A stretch of DNA of 64,000 bases, from assembly GCA_028717225.1 (NCBI GenBank), contig JAQUOF010000001.1, forward strand, positions 30,322 through 94,321, given 5' to 3'. The translations under genes and the position numbers were made by a program. A model generated the notes under the pieces. That model was given only the letters and a program-made list of their open reading frames with translations. It had not been told where the DNA came from and made no database searches. This document shows positions 39,047 through 47,462 of this stretch, piece by piece; positions within the stretch are counted from its first letter, which is position 1, and every line of letters begins with the position of its first letter. Source of the stretch: Patescibacteria group bacterium (lineage in GTDB: Bacteria; Patescibacteriota; Patescibacteriia; UBA2591; JAQUPP01).

Positions 39047-40042
39047 ATGGCAAAAAAAATTAAGGCGATCGGACTTTTTTCCGGCGGATTGGATTCTATT
39101 CTATCGGCAAAACTATTGCAAAAACAAGGCATTAAAGTAATTTGCCTTAATGTTGAAATCCCATTTATTCCCGAAGATAAAAAAAATAATCTTAAAACAA
39201 CCACTAAACGATTAAAAATCCCTTTAAAAACCATAAAAGTCGGGGCTGATTATTTAAAAATGGTTAGAAATCCGAAATATCATTACGGTTCGGCGATTAA
39301 TCCTTGCATTGATTGCCGAATTTTTATTTTAAAAAAAGCCAAGCAATTGGCTAAAAAAACAGGGGCAAAATTTATTTTTACCGGTGAAATTTTGGGCCAG
39401 CGGCCAATGTCTCAGCACCGCGAAGCCATGGAATTAGTGGAAAAACAAACCAAATTAAAAGGAAAATTATTGCGTCCCCTGTCCGCCAAATTGCTTCCTG
39501 AAACCGAAGCGGAAAAAATGGGCTGGGTCAAAAGAGATAATCTTTTGGATATTTCCGGCCGATCCCGCCAACGCCAATTATTATTGGCCAAAAAATGGGG
39601 AATTAAAAATTTCCCTACCCCGGCCGGCGGCTGCCTTTTAACTGACAAAAGTTTTGCCAAAAGACTTCAAGATTTATTCAATCAAAATAAAAAAATCAAT
39701 GACACTGACATTTCGCTTTTAAAAATCGGCAGACATTGGCGAATTGATAAAAATAAAATCATTATCGGCCGCAATTTTGAAGAAAATAAAAAAATAAAGA
39801 CCTTAAAAAGCCCCAAAGATTATTATTTTGAAACCGCCAAATATCCTGGCCCAACCGGCCTTTTAATCGGTCCGGCTGGTCAAAAAGCCATTACTTTAGC
39901 AGCTGCTTTAACTGCCGCCTTTTCCGATACCCCTGATGAAAAAGCCATAGTCAAATACGGACAAAAAAAATTATCTCAACAAATTATTATCAACCAGCCA
40001 AAAAATTATTTAGAACAATTAGCTACATCCCGTATTATTTAA
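39047..40042 (+). CDS. ThiI-like / tRNA thiouridylase-family PP-loop protein
   Basis: SGGLDS PP-loop, NPCIDCR, GE.LGQRPMSQ, P.PAGGCLLT, GRN..EN. Confidence 0.8.
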   Translation: MAKKIKAIGLFSGGLDSILSAKLLQKQGIKVICLNVEIPFIPEDKKNNLKTTTKRLKIPLKTIKVGADYLKMVRNPKYHYGSAINPCIDCRIFILKKAKQLAKKTGAKFIFTGEILGQRPMSQHREAMELVEKQTKLKGKLLRPLSAKLLPETEAEKMGWVKRDNLLDISGRSRQRQLLLAKKWGIKNFPTPAGGCLLTDKSFAKRLQDLFNQNKKINDTDISLLKIGRHWRIDKNKIIIGRNFEENKKIKTLKSPKDYYFETAKYPGPTGLLIGPAGQKAITLAAALTAAFSDTPDEKAIVKYGQKKLSQQIIINQPKNYLEQLATSRII

Positions 40043-40060
40043 TTAAAAAAATAAAAAGAA

Positions 40061-40089
40061 AATAGGCGTATGTATAACATACGCCTATT
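40061..40089. terminator. Terminator-like hairpin between convergent genes
   Basis: AATAGGCGTATGT-ATA-ACATACGCCTATT. Confidence 0.65.
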
Positions 40090-40107
40090 AATTTATCAAA
40101 AAATGTC

Positions 40108-41076
40108 TTAATTCTGATCTTCTTTAGGCTTAAGAGCTTCTGTAAGTATTTTTCTGAGAACCTCCTCTACTTTCTGCGGATCTACTACAAGATGAAGATT
40201 TTTTTGGGCATCCCCAACAAAATTACCCAAAGGTAATCGTAATGATGGGACCTTTTCTACATAAGGGTGTTCAAGGTGTCTATCAAAAACAAAATATGTT
40301 TTACTAGATCTTAAATCTGAAATCTCTTGCTCGGAAAATTTTTTAGGTAAATCCTCAATAATTTTGACCTTAGAAATTCCTACGTCATCAAAAACCTTTT
40401 TCATATTTTCGGCCAATTCTTGAATAACATTATTTCGATCGTCTCCTTCTTCCGACAAGTATTTCAGTTGCCAATAATGGTCTAATAAACTAACTTTGCC
40501 GCTTTTTCCTGTGACAAGAATAAATTTTAATTCTTTTCTTTGTTTTTCGGGAAGATTACTTAATACTTGCCTGTATTGGTTGCTCAACGCCACTGAATAT
40601 TCTTTTCTTTTTTCAAAAAATTTTTCTCTATTTATTCTTGGTAACTTCCATTCGTAGCGTTCTTCAAAATCAACTTTCATACCTTCCGCATCCATCATAT
40701 TCATATGGTACACATCGTCTTCGGTAGGGTCCCCCTCTACACTTGCTCTTACTGTGTTTCTTATTAACTCATCTAAGTTCAACTTAAACTCTTTGTTAGT
40801 ACATCCTATCCCACTTTCAAATACAGTACCGTCACATAAGACATCTTTAGATTTTAACGATTTTGAATTTTCTTGAATCCATTTTTTAATTTCTTCCTCA
40901 GGAGTTCCGGCCGGAAAAGCTTGAATTTCTACAGAATGGCCAAGTTCTTCAATAATCTTAGCAATTTTTGGTATCCATATTTCAAATAAAGAATTATTTC
41001 TATACACCAAAAATTGCGGGGTTAATTTTTCTCCCTCTTTTTTTTCTTGCGAAGGAATTTCTATTCTTCTTTCCAT
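40108..41076 (-). CDS. Hypothetical protein
   Basis: 322-aa ORF with AAGGAGG SD and an upstream TTGACA promoter; no recognised motif. Confidence 0.65.
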   Translation of the reverse strand: MERRIEIPSQEKKEGEKLTPQFLVYRNNSLFEIWIPKIAKIIEELGHSVEIQAFPAGTPEEEIKKWIQENSKSLKSKDVLCDGTVFESGIGCTNKEFKLNLDELIRNTVRASVEGDPTEDDVYHMNMMDAEGMKVDFEERYEWKLPRINREKFFEKRKEYSVALSNQYRQVLSNLPEKQRKELKFILVTGKSGKVSLLDHYWQLKYLSEEGDDRNNVIQELAENMKKVFDDVGISKVKIIEDLPKKFSEQEISDLRSSKTYFVFDRHLEHPYVEKVPSLRLPLGNFVGDAQKNLHLVVDPQKVEEVLRKILTEALKPKEDQN

Positions 41077-41225
41077 GATATTACCTCCTTATAAGGTTTA
41101 TATTTACGACCTTTTTATTATTACATTTTATAATCTAAATATAACATAATTTTTCAAAAATGTCAATCTCATAAAAAAATGTTTTTTGATTAGCGTTTTC
41201 TTTTTATTTATGTATAATATATTTT

Positions 41226-41621
41226 ATGCACGAGTGGTCATTAGCTCAGGCCGTTGTTTATTCGGCCATAAAATATCAAAAAAATAATAAACTGAAAAAA
41301 ATTACGGAAATTAATTTAAAAATAGGCGAACTGCAACAAATAGACAGGGATATTTTTAAGTTTTCTCTGAAACAAATCAGCCGGCTTAAAAAAATAACTG
41401 CAAAAATCAAAATTAAAACCGAAAAGGCGATTTTAAAATGCCGCATTTGCCAGCATCAATGGAGTTTTAGTAAAATCCTCAAAAAACTCAATAAAAATGA
41501 AGCCGAATATATCCATTTTATCCCCGAAATCGCCCATACTTATCTCAGGTGTCCAAAATGCAAAAGCCCGGATTTTAAAATTATCAAAGGCCGGGGCGTT
41601 TGGATAGATTCTATTAAATAA
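41226..41621 (+). CDS. hypA: Hydrogenase nickel incorporation protein HypA (long, Thermococcales-like form)
   Basis: MHE N-terminus, IGELQQID, CRIC and CPKC zinc sites separated by an HFIPE insert, GRG. Confidence 0.92.
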   Translation: MHEWSLAQAVVYSAIKYQKNNKLKKITEINLKIGELQQIDRDIFKFSLKQISRLKKITAKIKIKTEKAILKCRICQHQWSFSKILKKLNKNEAEYIHFIPEIAHTYLRCPKCKSPDFKIIKGRGVWIDSIK

Positions 41622-41626
41622 AATTT

Positions 41627-42370
41627 ATGGATCCGCGACCAAATATCATTAATCAAAGATTAAAAAATATTAAAACCATTATTGCTGTTTCCGGAGGTAA
41701 AGGAGGAATCGGCAAAAGCTCAATTGCCTCGGTTTTGGCGTTAAATTTGGCTAAAAATGGCTTAAAAACAGGCCTTTTAGACCTGGACTTTTGCGGACCC
41801 TCAACTCATACCATTTTGGGAATCAATAACCTCTTTCCCAAAGAAGATAAAGGAATTATCCCGCCCGAATTTGAAGGCCTGAAATTTATGTCCATTATTT
41901 ACTATACTGGCAAAAAACCGGCGCTTTTGCGAGGAGAAGACATTTCCAATATCATTTTGGAATTACTGACTATCACCCAATGGGGCGATTTGGACTTTTT
42001 GGTTATTGATATGCCACCGGGCATTGGCGACGCGGCTCTGGATATTTTAAAACTGGTTAAAAAGACCAAGTTTTTGATTGTCGCCACCCCATCCAAGACC
42101 ACCATGGAAACGGTTAATAAAAATATAAAAATGTTAAAAGAACTGAAAGCGCCGATTTTGGGCATTATTGAAAATTACCAATCTCACCAATTTCTTAAAA
42201 CAAAAACCGAGAGTAAAATTTCCGGCGTTCCAATTTTGGGTAAAATAAATTTTGATAAAAAATTTGAATCAGCCATTGGTAATACTGATAAACTTTTGAA
42301 AACTGATTTTAGTCGAGATTTACTGAAAATTATTCAAAAAGCTATTTTACGACACAAGAATACTGCTTAA
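41627..42370 (+). CDS. Mrp/MinD-family ATPase, resembling ATPase-type HypB
   Basis: MDPR start, SGGKGGIGKS, LDLDF.G.S.H, ELLTIT.W..LD.LVIDMPPG.GD; lacks the Mrp C-terminal CxxC; directly after hypA. Confidence 0.8.
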   Translation: MDPRPNIINQRLKNIKTIIAVSGGKGGIGKSSIASVLALNLAKNGLKTGLLDLDFCGPSTHTILGINNLFPKEDKGIIPPEFEGLKFMSIIYYTGKKPALLRGEDISNIILELLTITQWGDLDFLVIDMPPGIGDAALDILKLVKKTKFLIVATPSKTTMETVNKNIKMLKELKAPILGIIENYQSHQFLKTKTESKISGVPILGKINFDKKFESAIGNTDKLLKTDFSRDLLKIIQKAILRHKNTA

Positions 42371-42422
42371 ATAATAATAAAAAGTTATTTTATTAAAAAT
42401 AATAACCAATTTTAAAACAAAT

Positions 42423-42438
42423 TGTTCCACGTGGAACA
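42423..42438. promoter_or_regulatory. parS site (ParB/Spo0J binding)
   Basis: TGTTCCACGTGGAACA within a 24-bp perfect palindrome (42419-42442). Confidence 0.88.
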
Positions 42439-42457
42439 ATTTTATCATAATAAACCA

Positions 42458-43255
42458 ATGACTATTAAACTTATTCAAGCTAAATCTATTCTTAACCAGT
42501 CTAAAGCTTTTCAAAGTTATACCTTAAACCCTTATTCCGGCTGCCCTCATGGCTGCGTTTATTGCTATAACCTCCAATTCATTCAACAGTTTAAGCCTGA
42601 TCAAAAATGGGGTCAATTTATGGAGGTTAAAATTAACGCCCCGGAGGTCTTAGAGAAAGAAGTTGTGCGAAAGCCCAAAAACGAGGTATTCTTCTCAACT
42701 ATTACTGACGCCTATAATCCTTTAGAACAAAAATACCAAATTACCCAAAAATGCCTCAAAATCCTATTAGAACACCAATGGCCGGTTAATATCCTGACCA
42801 AGTCTGACCTTGTTCTGCGAGATCTTGAATTAATCAAAAGTTTTAAGCAAAAAGAGGTTGGATTTAGCCTAATTAACCTTGATCCCAAAATAGCCAAGAT
42901 TTTAGAGCCGGGTGCCAGTTTACCGGAAAAAAAACTTTTAGCCCTCCAAACTCTTCATCAAGCCGGCATTCCAACTTATACCTTTATCGGACCGATTATT
43001 CCGTATTTAACCGACTTACCGCTTATCTTTAAAAACCTGGTTGGTAAGGTAGACAAAGTCTTATTAGACACTTTCAATACCGCGCCGGCTAATTGGCAAA
43101 ACTTTAAAAATGCCCTTGAGCCGAATTTCCCTGAATTAATACCAAAATGCCAAGAGCTCTTGTTTCAAAAAAGGCGAATTTATGAAAATAATCTTCACCA
43201 AGAAATCTTAAAATTAAGCCAGCAATTTCATTTACCGATTAAAATTTGTTTTTAA
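42458..43255 (+). CDS. Radical SAM protein (SPL-like family)
   Basis: LNPYSGCPHGCVYCY, TDAY.P.E, ILTKS.LV.RD, LEPGA. Confidence 0.88.
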   Translation: MTIKLIQAKSILNQSKAFQSYTLNPYSGCPHGCVYCYNLQFIQQFKPDQKWGQFMEVKINAPEVLEKEVVRKPKNEVFFSTITDAYNPLEQKYQITQKCLKILLEHQWPVNILTKSDLVLRDLELIKSFKQKEVGFSLINLDPKIAKILEPGASLPEKKLLALQTLHQAGIPTYTFIGPIIPYLTDLPLIFKNLVGKVDKVLLDTFNTAPANWQNFKNALEPNFPELIPKCQELLFQKRRIYENNLHQEILKLSQQFHLPIKICF

Positions 43256-43268
43256 AGCCAAACTTAAT

Positions 43269-43284
43269 TGTTCCACGTGGAACA
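43269..43284. promoter_or_regulatory. parS site (ParB/Spo0J binding)
   Basis: TGTTCCACGTGGAACA within a 32-bp perfect palindrome (43261-43292). Confidence 0.88.
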
Positions 43285-43397
43285 ATTAAGTTAATAATTT
43301 CTAAAAATAATCTTATATCTAATAAACAAAAGCTCTTTATGTGTCGTAAAACAGAAAAGACCAGCCCTATTTAGAGTTGGTCTTTTGATTTCTTTTT

Positions 43398-43571
43398 TTA
43401 TCCTACTGCTTTCCAGAACAAAAGCATGCCAACAGAAAATAAAAAATACCCAGCTACTATCCCTATTTTTTTTAATAATTTATATTTTTTTCTTCTCCGT
43501 TGAGAATTAAAACTTGTTGCCAATATCCACATTCCTATTACTATAACAATAATAGAACGAAGAATATACAT
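43398..43571 (-). CDS. Small two-TM protein (57 aa), below the ORF-track cutoff
   Basis: MYILRSIIVIVIGMWILATSFNSQRRRKKYKLLKKIGIVAGYFLFSVGMLLFWKAVG; AGGGGG SD; downstream hairpin at ~43356-43386. Confidence 0.55.
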   Translation of the reverse strand: MYILRSIIVIVIGMWILATSFNSQRRRKKYKLLKKIGIVAGYFLFSVGMLLFWKAVG

Positions 43572-43651
43572 TATTTCCCCCTATTTTTATTTTAAAGTTC
43601 GGTTTGTATTTGACTGTCATTATTTAAACATATTTTAAAGGTTTCGTCAAC

Positions 43652-43761
43652 CCCCACACCAAACTTAGCGTTTGATTTACGTATCGCAAAAATCAGAAGG
43701 CGAAGCCGCTTCGCTTTTATCCCCTTATAAAAAAAGCCTCGCATTGAGTTGTGGTGTGGGG
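43652..43761. mobile_element. MITE-like element with GTCAAC target duplication
   Basis: Termini CCCCACACCA/TGGTGTGGGG; GTCAAC at 43646-43651 and 43762-43767. Confidence 0.75.
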
Positions 43762-43842
43762 GTCAACCCCTTTTATTTTTATTCTTGACAAAACCGCAAA
43801 ATTTGTTATTCTGGTAAATAGTTATTTAAAAAATTCGCCTGC

Positions 43843-43858
43843 TCCGCCAGCTGGCGGA
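43843..43858. repeat. Palindrome TCCGCCAGCTGGCGGA copy 2, nested in CGCCT...TACGGCG REP-like units
   Basis: Exact copy; variant TCCGCCTTTGGCGGA at 43934-43948 inside the next CDS. Confidence 0.92.
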
Positions 43859-43915
43859 TACGGCGTGACAAATCCGCCTAAGCTCAAGAAGCTACGGCGT
43901 AATAAAGGAGGAAGA

Positions 43916-45358
43916 ATGTTGAATACAGTGAAATCCGCCTTTGGCGGAAAAAATAAATTTTTTGGTTTAGTTCTGGTTGCTTGGAGTTCTTTAATTTATG
44001 CGACGAATTGGCCAATGTTCCAAGGTGATGCGAAACATACCGGCCGTTCTGATGTGATCGCAGCACAAACAAACAATCTGCTCTGGAAAATAAATTTAGG
44101 AGTAGAATGTTCTCCTCTAAGCAGCCCGATTATTGGCTCGCTTAGCGGTCAAGAAAGAATCCTTTTGGGTACAGAAAGCGGCATTTATATTGTTGATTTA
44201 AAAGGAAATTTGGTCGGATTAATTGATTCTGGCTATTCCATTAAAACTACGATTGCGGCTTTAAATGATTTTATCTATTTTGGAGCAAAAGATTCTTTTA
44301 TTGTTTGGAATGCGGATAGCACAAAATGCCGGTCATATTATTTGGGAAACGGAAGCAATATTTCACATCCAACTCTTTTTAACGGCAAAATTTATGTCCA
44401 TGCCACCAACAAACTTTGGTGCTTTAATGACAGCGCTTTGGAATGGACATCTAATGATTTGGATAATGGCAACAGCCCTTCTTCAGCCATTGCCGTGGAT
44501 GACAGCGGTAATATTTATGCCGCCACCTTGAGCAATACTCTGGCCTGGTATGATTTTCGTCTTTATGCTTTTAATCCTAATGGAACGCAGAAGTGGGTGT
44601 ATGAGGGTTTTAGTTTTGAACCGGGTGGCATTTGTATGACTCCGACTGTCGGACCATCAAACGAAATTTTCGTCGCTACTCTTTGTGATGCCGGCTGGCC
44701 TTCGAGTCTTTATTCAATAAAAAATGGCTCAAAACGTTGGCAGCAAGGGGCAAACATCTATTACTTATCTCCGGCAATTTTCCAAGACAAAATTGTCTAT
44801 GGCAGCAAAGAAGGATTAAATGCGCGATTGATTTCTAACGGCAATTCTCTTTGGCAATATCCGACTGCGAGCCCGATTACCATTTCTTCTCCGGCTATTG
44901 GTGCTGATGGAACAATCTATATTGGCACTGACGGCGGGATTGTTTTGGCAGTCAGTAAAGACGGAACTCTGAAATGGCAAAATGACACTCAAGAAGGACA
45001 ACTATGTTCTCCTGCCATCGGTGATGATAGCACGGTTTATATTAATTCTTCTACTGGAAAACTTTTCGCCTACCGCCAACCATTCGGAATTGAAGAAAAA
45101 AATGAAACGGAAAAAGAAATTTTTAAAGCCATACCAAACCCATTAAACCTGGAAACGGAAATTCGCACTTCTGATAATACAATTCTTTTAATCTATGGAC
45201 TTAACGGTCAATTGATTAGAACCTTGTCTGATTTTCAGTTCTGCCAAACTTATTATAAAACTTCTTGGAATGGCCGAGATAATCAAGGAAAACTAGTTGC
45301 TTCCGGAATTTATTTTTGTCAGCAAAACGGTAGATTAAAACTGACCGTTATCAGATAA
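43916..45358 (+). CDS. PQQ-like beta-propeller secreted protein with C-terminal T9SS-CTD/FlgD Ig-like domain
   Basis: AGGAGG SD before ATG 43916; WPMFQGD..HTG; SSPAIG.DGTIY repeats; IPNP...IY..NGQLIRTL...WNGRD..GK.V.SGIYF. Confidence 0.82.
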   Translation: MLNTVKSAFGGKNKFFGLVLVAWSSLIYATNWPMFQGDAKHTGRSDVIAAQTNNLLWKINLGVECSPLSSPIIGSLSGQERILLGTESGIYIVDLKGNLVGLIDSGYSIKTTIAALNDFIYFGAKDSFIVWNADSTKCRSYYLGNGSNISHPTLFNGKIYVHATNKLWCFNDSALEWTSNDLDNGNSPSSAIAVDDSGNIYAATLSNTLAWYDFRLYAFNPNGTQKWVYEGFSFEPGGICMTPTVGPSNEIFVATLCDAGWPSSLYSIKNGSKRWQQGANIYYLSPAIFQDKIVYGSKEGLNARLISNGNSLWQYPTASPITISSPAIGADGTIYIGTDGGIVLAVSKDGTLKWQNDTQEGQLCSPAIGDDSTVYINSSTGKLFAYRQPFGIEEKNETEKEIFKAIPNPLNLETEIRTSDNTILLIYGLNGQLIRTLSDFQFCQTYYKTSWNGRDNQGKLVASGIYFCQQNGRLKLTVIR

Positions 45359-45363
45359 ATAAA

Positions 45364-45399
45364 ACCCTCTGCTATAAAAAGCAGAGGGTCGTTTTTTTT
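45364..45399. terminator. Rho-independent terminator
   Basis: ACCCTCTGCT-N6-AGCAGAGGGT followed by a T run. Confidence 0.75.
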
Positions 45400-45422
45400 A
45401 TAAAAATTATATTGTTTAATGG

Positions 45423-45953
45423 CTAACAGGCCAAATAAACAACTTTTATTTTTTCTGATTTTATATGGAAATTTTTAATCAAATCTTTTTTTGATTTTTC
45501 CGAATCTGTAATGATTTTTTCCGCGCGCCGCAAGGCATTTTTCAAAATTAAAATAAAAAATCCGTGTTTGAAGGAATATATAAACTTTGCCAAAGAATTT
45601 TTATGTTGAGTCGGGTATTGCAGTAAGGTCAAATCATGAATCGTCACCACAAACCGGCCGAAGTAAAACAGGGGAACATTAAAGTGAAGAAAGTGAACCA
45701 AATCAAGGCGTTGAGAGGCGAGTTGCTTGGGAAATAGAACCTGCTCTTGCCAGGAATACCAGGGGTAATCGGCTAAAACCTTGTGAAAATGAGGGTTTTG
45801 GGGCTGATATAGATTAAAGCCTTCTTGTCGGAGGAAAATAAAATAATCGTCTTTTTGATTAGACTTTTCCAAATTAGCAATTAATTCCTGAGTGTAGCGC
45901 CCAATTCCTTTGCCTGTTGGGCCAAAAAATCTGGCGTCTATTCCAATTTTCAT
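45423..45953 (-). CDS. Glycosyltransferase family 4 N-terminal domain only
   Basis: MKIGIDAR...GIGRY...VVTIHDL...IITDS; stops at VVYLAC; ATGA overlap with the upstream GT. Confidence 0.75.
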   Translation of the reverse strand: MKIGIDARFFGPTGKGIGRYTQELIANLEKSNQKDDYFIFLRQEGFNLYQPQNPHFHKVLADYPWYSWQEQVLFPKQLASQRLDLVHFLHFNVPLFYFGRFVVTIHDLTLLQYPTQHKNSLAKFIYSFKHGFFILILKNALRRAEKIITDSEKSKKDLIKNFHIKSEKIKVVYLAC

Positions 45954-47053
45954 AAAGTTTTGTAAATTTCTTCTGTTTCTTGGGCGCATTTTTCCCAAGA
46001 ATATTTTTTAATTTGTTCGCTGCCTTTCTGAATTAATTCTTCGCGAAGATTTTTGCTTTCTATAATTTGGTTCATAGTCGCAGCCATTTCTTCTATGTTT
46101 TTAGGATTAAAATATAAAGCGGCTGAACCGTAAATTTCAGGCAGGGGTTGATGTTTTGAGGCAATTACCGGCAAACCGAATTTCATTGCTTCCAAACCGG
46201 GCAGGCCAAAACCCTCAGACAGAGAAGGGAATACATAAGCCAAACCATTTTTATAAAGCCAGGCTAATTTTTCATCAGAAGCCTGACCGGGGAAAATAAC
46301 TTTTTCTTCCAATCCTAATTCTTGGGTTAATTTTTTTAAATTGTGATAGAAATAATCCATTTTCCCGACCAAAATTAAATGAATTTCCGGGTGTTTGGAT
46401 AAAACAATTTTAAAAGCCTTGATTAAACGTTCTAAATTTTTGTGTGGATAAGCATTACCGACGTACAATAAATAGGAATTTGGTCCGCCAGCTGGCGGAT
46501 TGGAATTTGGAATTTCCACTGACGCAAGCGCCGCTTCATAAGTTACAGAGATTTTTTTCGGATTAATTTTGTATTGTTTCACAATTGAGTCTTTTATAAA
46601 GTTAGAAACCGTAATAATTTTTTCCGCCCGGTATAAAGCATTCTTAATAATCAAGTAATAAATAATTTTTTTGAAATAAAAAGTTAATTTACCGTGGGTT
46701 GAAGCTTTTGGTGTTGTTTGATTATGAGTCAAATCATGAATTGTCACCACAAACCGGCCGAAGTAAAACAGGGGAACATTAAAGTGAAGAAAGTGAACCA
46801 AATCAAGGCGTTGAGAGGCGAGTTGCTTGGGAAATAAAACCTGCTCTTGCCAGGAATACCAAGGATAATCGGCTAAAACCTTGTGAAAATGAGGGTTTTG
46901 AGGCTGATATAAATCAAAGTTATCCTTACGGAGGAAAATAAAATAATCGTCTTTTTGATTAGACTTTTCCAAGTTAGCAATTAGTTCCTGAGTGTAGCGC
47001 CCGATTCCTTTGCCTGTTGGGCCAAAAAATCTGGAGTCTATTCCAATTCTCAT
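45950..47053 (-). CDS. Glycosyltransferase family 4 (GT-B)
   Basis: MRIGIDSR, VVTIHDL, YVGN.YPHKN, FPSLSEGFGLP.LEAM. Confidence 0.92.
   Translation of the reverse strand: MRIGIDSRFFGPTGKGIGRYTQELIANLEKSNQKDDYFIFLRKDNFDLYQPQNPHFHKVLADYPWYSWQEQVLFPKQLASQRLDLVHFLHFNVPLFYFGRFVVTIHDLTHNQTTPKASTHGKLTFYFKKIIYYLIIKNALYRAEKIITVSNFIKDSIVKQYKINPKKISVTYEAALASVEIPNSNPPAGGPNSYLLYVGNAYPHKNLERLIKAFKIVLSKHPEIHLILVGKMDYFYHNLKKLTQELGLEEKVIFPGQASDEKLAWLYKNGLAYVFPSLSEGFGLPGLEAMKFGLPVIASKHQPLPEIYGSAALYFNPKNIEEMAATMNQIIESKNLREELIQKGSEQIKKYSWEKCAQETEEIYKTL
46484..46499. repeat. Palindrome TCCGCCAGCTGGCGGA copy 3, in frame in the GT4 inter-domain linker
   Basis: Translates as EIPNSNPPAGGPNS; flanked by GGAATTT heptamers. 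Confidence 0.95.
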
Positions 47054-47151
47054 ATTATTATAAAATTTAGGGGTTGACAAAAATTAAAAAATGTGTTTAA
47101 ATAATTACTTATCCAATCATAAAATCCAGACAAAAATTAAAAGGAGGGGGA

Positions 47152-47412
47152 ATGTTAGAAATGTTAATAGAAGAAATTCTAAAAATATTAGAGAAAATTG
47201 AAACCTTTAAATGGAAAAAAGAAGTTGAGGATAAAAATTATTCTTACCAAGTAGAAGTGGATGGAATAGAATATTTCATCTTAAGGAACGCTTGTTTCGC
47301 AAATTCTATCCGTGTTATTGACGAAAGTAAGAATATACAAAATTATCCCAATATCAAGGGTGACCTTTCCAAAAGAATCAATTCTCTTGTTTTTAAAATT
47401 AACAATCAATAA
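47152..47412 (+). CDS. Small hypothetical protein
   Basis: AGGAGG SD, GGGGTTGACA promoter at ~47070 and its own terminator hairpin. Confidence 0.6.
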   Translation: MLEMLIEEILKILEKIETFKWKKEVEDKNYSYQVEVDGIEYFILRNACFANSIRVIDESKNIQNYPNIKGDLSKRINSLVFKINNQ

Positions 47413-47462
47413 GAACCACATAAAAGAGGAGTAAGAAGTATTTTACTCCCTCTTTTTTTAAT

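Noticed and set aside
39615..39635. PAGG peptide in the ThiI-like protein as another palindrome insertion
   Set aside because: The DNA (CCGGCCGGCGGC) does not match the element, and PAGGC is a family motif.
42422..42457. ORF-track N-terminus MFHVEQ... of the radical SAM protein
   Set aside because: It is the translation of the parS palindrome; the ATG at 42458 is the more plausible start.
43751..43915. ORF-track N-terminal extension of the 535-aa protein
   Set aside because: It runs through a MITE end, a promoter and palindromes; an AGGAGG SD supports ATG 43916.
45628..47053. Duplicated GT segment as a diversity-generating retroelement TR/VR pair
   Set aside because: Mismatches are not adenine-specific in one copy, are largely synonymous and lie at the N-terminus; no reverse transcriptase is in the window.
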